Positions 59,024-64,000 of a stretch of DNA of 64,000 nucleotides are shown here, one piece after another. Each line of letters begins with the position of its first letter. Within the stretch, counting starts at the first letter, position 1. Below the pieces are notes generated by a model. The model worked only from the letters and a program-made list of their open reading frames with translations, was not told where the DNA came from and did not search any database. Source of the DNA: Candidatus Brocadiia bacterium (lineage in GTDB: Bacteria > Planctomycetota > Brocadiia > CAIUPP01); NCBI GenBank assembly GCA_050015075.1, contig JBEKCB010000015.1, positions 1 through 64,000 on the forward strand. Reading direction: 5' to 3'. Made by a program: the position numbers and the translations under genes.

Positions 59024-62000
59024 ATGTCGGACCAGGCCATGAGCAACAGTGAACTTTCGCTGAACCCGGAGCGGTTGCGCCGGCGGCTGCACGAGCTGGA
59101 AACGGCCGCTGCGCCGCTGACGGCGGAGCATGACCGGCAAAAGCGCGTGAAGGAACTCCGCTGCCTGCGCCTGGTTTCCGAACTGTTCGGCCGCGAGGAT
59201 ATTTCCCTGGAGACGGCTTCCCGGGAGATGGTCCAGGCGCTGCCGGACGCGTGGCAATATCCGGAAGTCGCCTGCGCGCGAATCGTGCTCGGCGCGCAGG
59301 AGTTCAAGACGAAGAATTATGCGGAGTCGGCGTGGATGCAGACGCAGGACATCCTCGCCGGCGGACGAGTCGCCGGTTCGATTCAGGTCGGCTACCTCGC
59401 GGAAGAGCCTGCGCGCGACGAAGGTCCGTTCCTCAAGGAAGAGCGCGAGCTGTTGGGCGTGCTGGCCGCGATGCTGGCGGGCTTTATCGGCCGGCGCGGC
59501 GCGGAAGAGGAGCGGGGCCGCTCGCGCGACGAGTTGGAGATTCAGGTCGAGGCACGCGTCTCGCAGTTGAAAGCCGCCAACGAGACGGTGCGCGCGGAGA
59601 TCGCCGAGCGTAAGGGCAGGGATGCGGACCTTCGGACGCTCAACCGCACGCTCAAGGCGCACAGCCGCAGCGCCCGGGCGATGATGCGCGCGGCGAATGA
59701 AGCGGACTATCTGCAGGAGGTCTGCCGGATCGTCGTCGAGGACTGCGGCCATGCGATGGTCTGGATCGGGTTCGCCGAGGACGACGCGGCCAAGACCGTC
59801 CGGCCTGTGGCGTATTCCGGGTTCGAGGCCGGGTATCTCGAGACGCTGAAGCTGACCTGGGCCGACACGGAGCGCGGCCGCGGTCCCACCGGAACGGCCA
59901 TCCGCACGGGCAAACCCGGTTCGTGCCGGAACATGCTTACGGATCCCGCTTTCGCTCCCTGGCGCGCGGAGGCGGTGAAACGGGGTTATGGTTCGTCGCT
60001 CGTCCTCCCGCTGATGGCCGGCGGAAAAGCTTTCGGCGCGATTACGATCTACGAGAGAATGCCGGATGCGTTCTCGGAGGATGAGACGGACCTGCTGTAT
60101 GACCTTGCCGACGACCTGGCCTTCGGAATCACCTCGCTGCGCATGCGCGAAGCGCACGCGCGCATGGAAGATGAACTGCGGAGCCTGGCCCTCTTCCCCG
60201 ATGAGAATCCCGGCCCGGTGATGCGCGTGTCGAAGGACGGCACGATCCTGTACGGAAACAAGACCGCGAGCCCCATTCTAGCTTGCTGGGGAAGCGGCGT
60301 CGGCCGCGCTACGCCCAAACCGGTGCATCGGATCGTCCAGGAAGTCCTGGACTCCGGCCTGGGCAGGGAGACCGAGCTTGACTGCGGCGAGCGCGTGTTT
60401 TCCCTGGTCTTCGCGCCGATTTCCGACCGCGGCTACGTCACCCTTTACGGCCACGACGTCACCGACCGCAAGCGGCTGGAAAATGAGGTCCTGCGCTCGC
60501 GCGACGAACTGGAGGTGCGCGTCCGGGAGCGAACGCGCGAACTCCTCGAGTCCACCCAGCGCCTGCGCGAGAGCCAACGCATCATCCAGCAGATCGCCGA
60601 CACGACGCCGGATATCGTCTACATCTTCGACTTTGCGCGGCGGCATATCATCTATGCGAACCGCCGTGCCGCCGAGTTTATGGGCTACACGATGGAGCAT
60701 CTCAGCAAACCGGGCCTCAGCTTTCTGGAGGAGCGGATCCACACAGATGACCGGGACAGCGTCCGCGTGGCCCGCGAGCGGTTTGCCACGGCGGATGAGA
60801 GCGACGTCATCGAGTATGAATACCGCGCGAAACGAGCGGACGGCCAATGGCGCTGGCTGCTGGTCCGCGAGGCGCTGTTTGCGCGGGCGCAGGGCGGCTC
60901 GCCGAAGCAGATCCTGGGCGCCGCGCTGGACATCACCGACCGGAAGGAAGCCGAGGAGCGCCTGAAGACCGCGAACGCGCTCCTGGAGCCCTTCGTCAAA
61001 GAGACGGCCCGGAAGCCGTACCTGGATTCCGTCGTCAAGATTCTCTCCGAAGTTTCCGGTTGCCGCAACGTGGGGCTCCGGCTGTTGAACGACCGCGGCG
61101 AAATCCCGTACGAGAGTTCGGTCGGCTTCGGCGAGGACTTCGTGAAGCGCGAAGGACCGCTCTGCGTGCACACGGACGGCTGCGTCTGCACGCGCGTCGT
61201 TCTCGGGAAACCGGTGACGGCGGACGATCCCATGATGACGCGGAAAGGCGCCTTCTGCTGCAACGACACGTTCAAGTTCGTCAGCGGCCTTGCGCCAGAG
61301 CAGCAGGAGAGGTACCGCGGCGCGTGCCCGCGGGCCGGCTTCGCCTCCCTGGCCGTCATTCCGCTCCGCTATCGCGGGACCACGATCGGCGCGCTGCACT
61401 TTGCCGACATCGCGCCGGGTAAGCTGAACCGGCCGTGCATGGATTCCCTCGAATCCGCCGCGCCGCTCATCGCCGAGGCGGTCTATCGCTTCGGCGTCGA
61501 GGAGCGGCTGCGGGAAAGCGAACAGAAATTCCGCGCCATCTTCGACCAGGTGTTCCAGTTCATCGCGCTCTTGAAGCCGGACGGGACGGTGCTCGAAGTC
61601 AACGAGCCGGCGCTGAGCTTCGCGAACATTTCGTTGCACGACGTGCTGGGCCGGCCGCTGTGGGACGGGCGGTGGTGGTGGGCTATGCCCGCGGCGCAGA
61701 AGCAGTTGAAGGAGGCCGTCGCCGCCGCCGCGCTGGGCCGCTTCGTGCGCTATGAGACGAAACTCCAGGGCGAAGGAGAATCCGCCATCATCGCCGACTT
61801 CTCGGTCAAGCCGGTCGTCCAGGCCGACGGCAAGGCGGCGTTTCTGATCGTCGAGGCGCGCGACATCACCGAGCACAAGCGGCTCGAGCAGGAGATCCTG
61901 GTCGCCGCCGGTGCCGAGCGGCGGCGGATCGGACAGGACCTGCACGACGGTCTCGGCCAGCAGCTCGCCGGCATCGCTTTGCTGAGCCGCGCGCTGCAAC

Positions 62001-62527
62001 AGCGGCTCGCCGCGCGTGATGCGCGCGCGGCCGAAGAGGCCCATACCATCATGGACCTGGCCAATCAGGCCGCGACGCAGTCGCGCGCGCTCGCGCGTGG
62101 ACTCTGTCCGGTGGAACTTACCGAGGACGGCCTGGCGGACGCGCTCCGCGAACTGGCCGTGAGCACCGAGAAAATCTTCGGCATTCCCTGCGAGTTCCGC
62201 TGCGAGACGCCCGCGTCGGTCGCCGACAGCGCGGTGGCCACGCACCTTTTCTACATCACGCAGGAGGCGGTCAATAACGCCGTCAAACACAGCCGCGCCG
62301 GCACGATCACCGTCTCGCTCAGCGGCGGACCCGACGGCATCAGCGTCCGCATCAAGGACGACGGCGTCGGCATGCCGGAACGCACCGACGAGAGCAACGG
62401 CCTGGGCCTGCGGACGATGCGATACCGCGCCGATGCGATCGGCGCCTTCCTGGATATCCGCAGCGTGCCGCCGCGAGGCACGATTGTGCGGTGCTACGTG
62501 AGATCGCCGAAAGCGGCAGTAACCTGA
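59024..62527 (+). CDS. multi-GAF/PAS sensor histidine kinase (HisKA_3)
   Basis: ERRRIGQDLHDGLGQ, QEAVNNAVKHS, DDGVG, GLGL; GAF and PAS/PAC domains. Confidence 0.92.
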   Translation: MSDQAMSNSELSLNPERLRRRLHELETAAAPLTAEHDRQKRVKELRCLRLVSELFGREDISLETASREMVQALPDAWQYPEVACARIVLGAQEFKTKNYAESAWMQTQDILAGGRVAGSIQVGYLAEEPARDEGPFLKEERELLGVLAAMLAGFIGRRGAEEERGRSRDELEIQVEARVSQLKAANETVRAEIAERKGRDADLRTLNRTLKAHSRSARAMMRAANEADYLQEVCRIVVEDCGHAMVWIGFAEDDAAKTVRPVAYSGFEAGYLETLKLTWADTERGRGPTGTAIRTGKPGSCRNMLTDPAFAPWRAEAVKRGYGSSLVLPLMAGGKAFGAITIYERMPDAFSEDETDLLYDLADDLAFGITSLRMREAHARMEDELRSLALFPDENPGPVMRVSKDGTILYGNKTASPILACWGSGVGRATPKPVHRIVQEVLDSGLGRETELDCGERVFSLVFAPISDRGYVTLYGHDVTDRKRLENEVLRSRDELEVRVRERTRELLESTQRLRESQRIIQQIADTTPDIVYIFDFARRHIIYANRRAAEFMGYTMEHLSKPGLSFLEERIHTDDRDSVRVARERFATADESDVIEYEYRAKRADGQWRWLLVREALFARAQGGSPKQILGAALDITDRKEAEERLKTANALLEPFVKETARKPYLDSVVKILSEVSGCRNVGLRLLNDRGEIPYESSVGFGEDFVKREGPLCVHTDGCVCTRVVLGKPVTADDPMMTRKGAFCCNDTFKFVSGLAPEQQERYRGACPRAGFASLAVIPLRYRGTTIGALHFADIAPGKLNRPCMDSLESAAPLIAEAVYRFGVEERLRESEQKFRAIFDQVFQFIALLKPDGTVLEVNEPALSFANISLHDVLGRPLWDGRWWWAMPAAQKQLKEAVAAAALGRFVRYETKLQGEGESAIIADFSVKPVVQADGKAAFLIVEARDITEHKRLEQEILVAAGAERRRIGQDLHDGLGQQLAGIALLSRALQQRLAARDARAAEEAHTIMDLANQAATQSRALARGLCPVELTEDGLADALRELAVSTEKIFGIPCEFRCETPASVADSAVATHLFYITQEAVNNAVKHSRAGTITVSLSGGPDGISVRIKDDGVGMPERTDESNGLGLRTMRYRADAIGAFLDIRSVPPRGTIVRCYVRSPKAAVT

Positions 62528-62546
62528 TCCATGACCCAGCGGCCAT

Positions 62547-62574
62547 TTGACAACGGACGGCAAATGGCTAGAAT
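62547..62574 (+). promoter_or_regulatory. sigma70-type promoter of the NarL-family regulator
   Basis: TTGACA-16 bp-TAGAAT. Confidence 0.6.
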
Positions 62575-62681
62575 TGTGTCCGGCGCAGCCGCCCGACCGG
62601 CTGTTGCTTGAGACAAGACAGTGGTCCAACGGCGGACGGTCGTGGCACCGACCCCTCCAGCGAATAGTGAGGCGCGAAACG

Positions 62682-63353
62682 ATGCCGACGAAGAGCAGCG
62701 GCGGCAAGAAGGCGAAGAAGCAGGTCTTCCTCGTGGACGATCATCCGCTCGTCCGGCAGGCGCTCTCGGAGTTGATCAACCAGGAAGGGGACATGGCCGT
62801 CTGCGGCGAGGCGGAAGGCGCGCCCGCGGCGCTGCGCTCCATCGCCGCCCTGAAGCCCGATGTCGCCGTCGTGGACCTCACGCTCAAGGAGGGCAGCGGG
62901 CTCGACCTCGTCAAGGACCTCAAGGTGCGCCACCCGAATCTGCCCGTGCTGGTGCTCTCGATGCACGATGAATCCACCTACGCCGAGCGCCTTTTGCGCT
63001 CGGGCGCGCGCGGTTACGTGATGAAGGACGAGGCCTCCGAGAAAGTCGTCATCGCCCTGCGGCGCGTGCTGGGCGGCGAGGTGTACCTGAGCGAGAAGAT
63101 GTCCGCGCGGATCCTCCACAAGCTCGTCGGGGGCGCGGCGGCGACGGCCTCGCCGGTGGACCTGCTGAGCGACCGCGAACTGCAGGTTTTCGAACTCATC
63201 GGGCAGGGCGTCGGCACGCGCCGGATCGCGGAGAAACTCCACCTGAGCGTCAAGACGGTCGAGACCTACCGCGAGCACATCAAGATTAAGCTCAAACTCG
63301 ACAACGCCACCGACCTGCTTCAGCACGCCATCCAATGGGCGCAGTCCAAATAA
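62682..63353 (+). CDS. NarL/LuxR family response regulator
   Basis: LVDDHPLVR, LSMH, GYVMK, LSDRELQVF, LSVKTVETYR. Confidence 0.95.
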   Translation: MPTKSSGGKKAKKQVFLVDDHPLVRQALSELINQEGDMAVCGEAEGAPAALRSIAALKPDVAVVDLTLKEGSGLDLVKDLKVRHPNLPVLVLSMHDESTYAERLLRSGARGYVMKDEASEKVVIALRRVLGGEVYLSEKMSARILHKLVGGAAATASPVDLLSDRELQVFELIGQGVGTRRIAEKLHLSVKTVETYREHIKIKLKLDNATDLLQHAIQWAQSK

Positions 63354-63476
63354 TTGCCGATGGCCGGTTGCCGATTGAAAGCAAGGCAACGGCCAATGGC
63401 GCGCGGCAGCGCGCTTAATGCGGGCGAAGCCCGACCCCGTTCTTCATTCGGCATTCGGCAATCGTCAACCGGCAAT
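63351..63476. repeat. heptamer tandem-unit inverted repeat
   Basis: attgccg-atggccg-gttgccg-attg ... cattcgg-cattcgg-caatcgt-caaccgg-caat. Confidence 0.65.
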
Positions 63477-63667
63477 AACGTATCGGGGTTTTCCCGATAT
63501 TCCACGGCGAGATTTCCACCACCGTATCTTGCGGCCCCACCCCGATTGTTCGCGCGTGGCACTCCGTGTTTAATGCCCGAAGGTGAAAGTGATCGAGCGG
63601 GCGAATGGCGCCGGCGGATCAGAAGCGACAAGTCACCGGGGCGGCTTTTGGGGGGAGGTCAGGCATC

Positions 63668-64000
63668 ATGGCGACGTGCCAGGCGGCCAAAACGGTCAGA
63701 CGGGCGATGCGCAGGCGGCGGCGGTTCACCGAGGCTGAGAAGCGGCTCATCAGCCGCGGCAGGAAGCTGCTCAACCAGATCGAGCTGCAGCGCTGGCTCG
63801 CGACGCGGTGCAGCGAGGAGTTGGGCGATGAGGCCGATACGGCGCGGGAGGTGTCCGAGACTGAGCTGGCCCTCTCCGTGGCCGAGATCCGTTCGAGCGA
63901 AGTGGCCGATATCGAGGACGCGCTCCGCAGGATCGTGGACGGCACGTACGGCGTCTGCGACGTGTGCGGAGAGCTGATCCCGGCCGCGCGCCTGAAAGCG
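63668..64000 (+). CDS. DksA/TraR C4 zinc-finger protein, 3'-truncated by window edge (not in ORF track)
   Basis: DEADTA (DxxDxA), IEDALRRIVDGTYGVCDVCGELIPAARLKA. Confidence 0.88.
   Translation, partial: MATCQAAKTVRRAMRRRRRFTEAEKRLISRGRKLLNQIELQRWLATRCSEELGDEADTAREVSETELALSVAEIRSSEVADIEDALRRIVDGTYGVCDVCGELIPAARLKA

Noticed and set aside
63556-63575. TGGCAC upstream of dksA as a sigma54 promoter
   Set aside because: No GC at the -12 position (GG-N10 is followed by TT)

Overview
GC-rich bacterial chromosomal window. A Planctomycetota/PVC-like anaerobe is suggested by the groEL-groES-groEL layout, the STAS protein style and the [FeFe]-hydrogenase; this taxonomy is inference only. The first ~43 kb is mostly housekeeping: tRNA-Val(CAC), thiE, purF, purM, rsfS, cimA, valS, an archaeal-type purO, type-2 IPP isomerase plus class II HMG-CoA reductase, ribBA, ald, rfbB/rfbD, a DinG helicase and two groEL with one groES. 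From 43.9 to 56 kb lies a multimeric [FeFe]-hydrogenase locus. It is preceded by a putative phospho-signalling module: two DRTGG proteins, an RsbT-like kinase fused to a degenerate hydrogenase-like Fe-S domain, a PHP protein and a HATPase. Its NuoF/HydB subunit carries a GltD/NfnB-like flavoprotein domain in place of the usual C-terminal 2x[4Fe-4S] domain. A CheB/CheR/PAS-GAF kinase/NarL block and a truncated DksA/TraR gene end the window. Signals not resolved by the ORF track: a bL37-like small basic protein behind a structured RNA, a 57-aa zinc-ribbon protein, a sigma54-type promoter with two palindromic upstream sites for groEL, a GIY-YIG gene inside perfect 28-bp inverted repeats, and a family of hairpins built from 6-, 7-, 8- and 9-nt tandem units. 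These hairpins sit at gene ends, supply stop or start codons, and in one case are translated in-frame. No CRISPR array, rRNA, integrase or transposase was seen. All calls come from motif recognition; no database searches were run.
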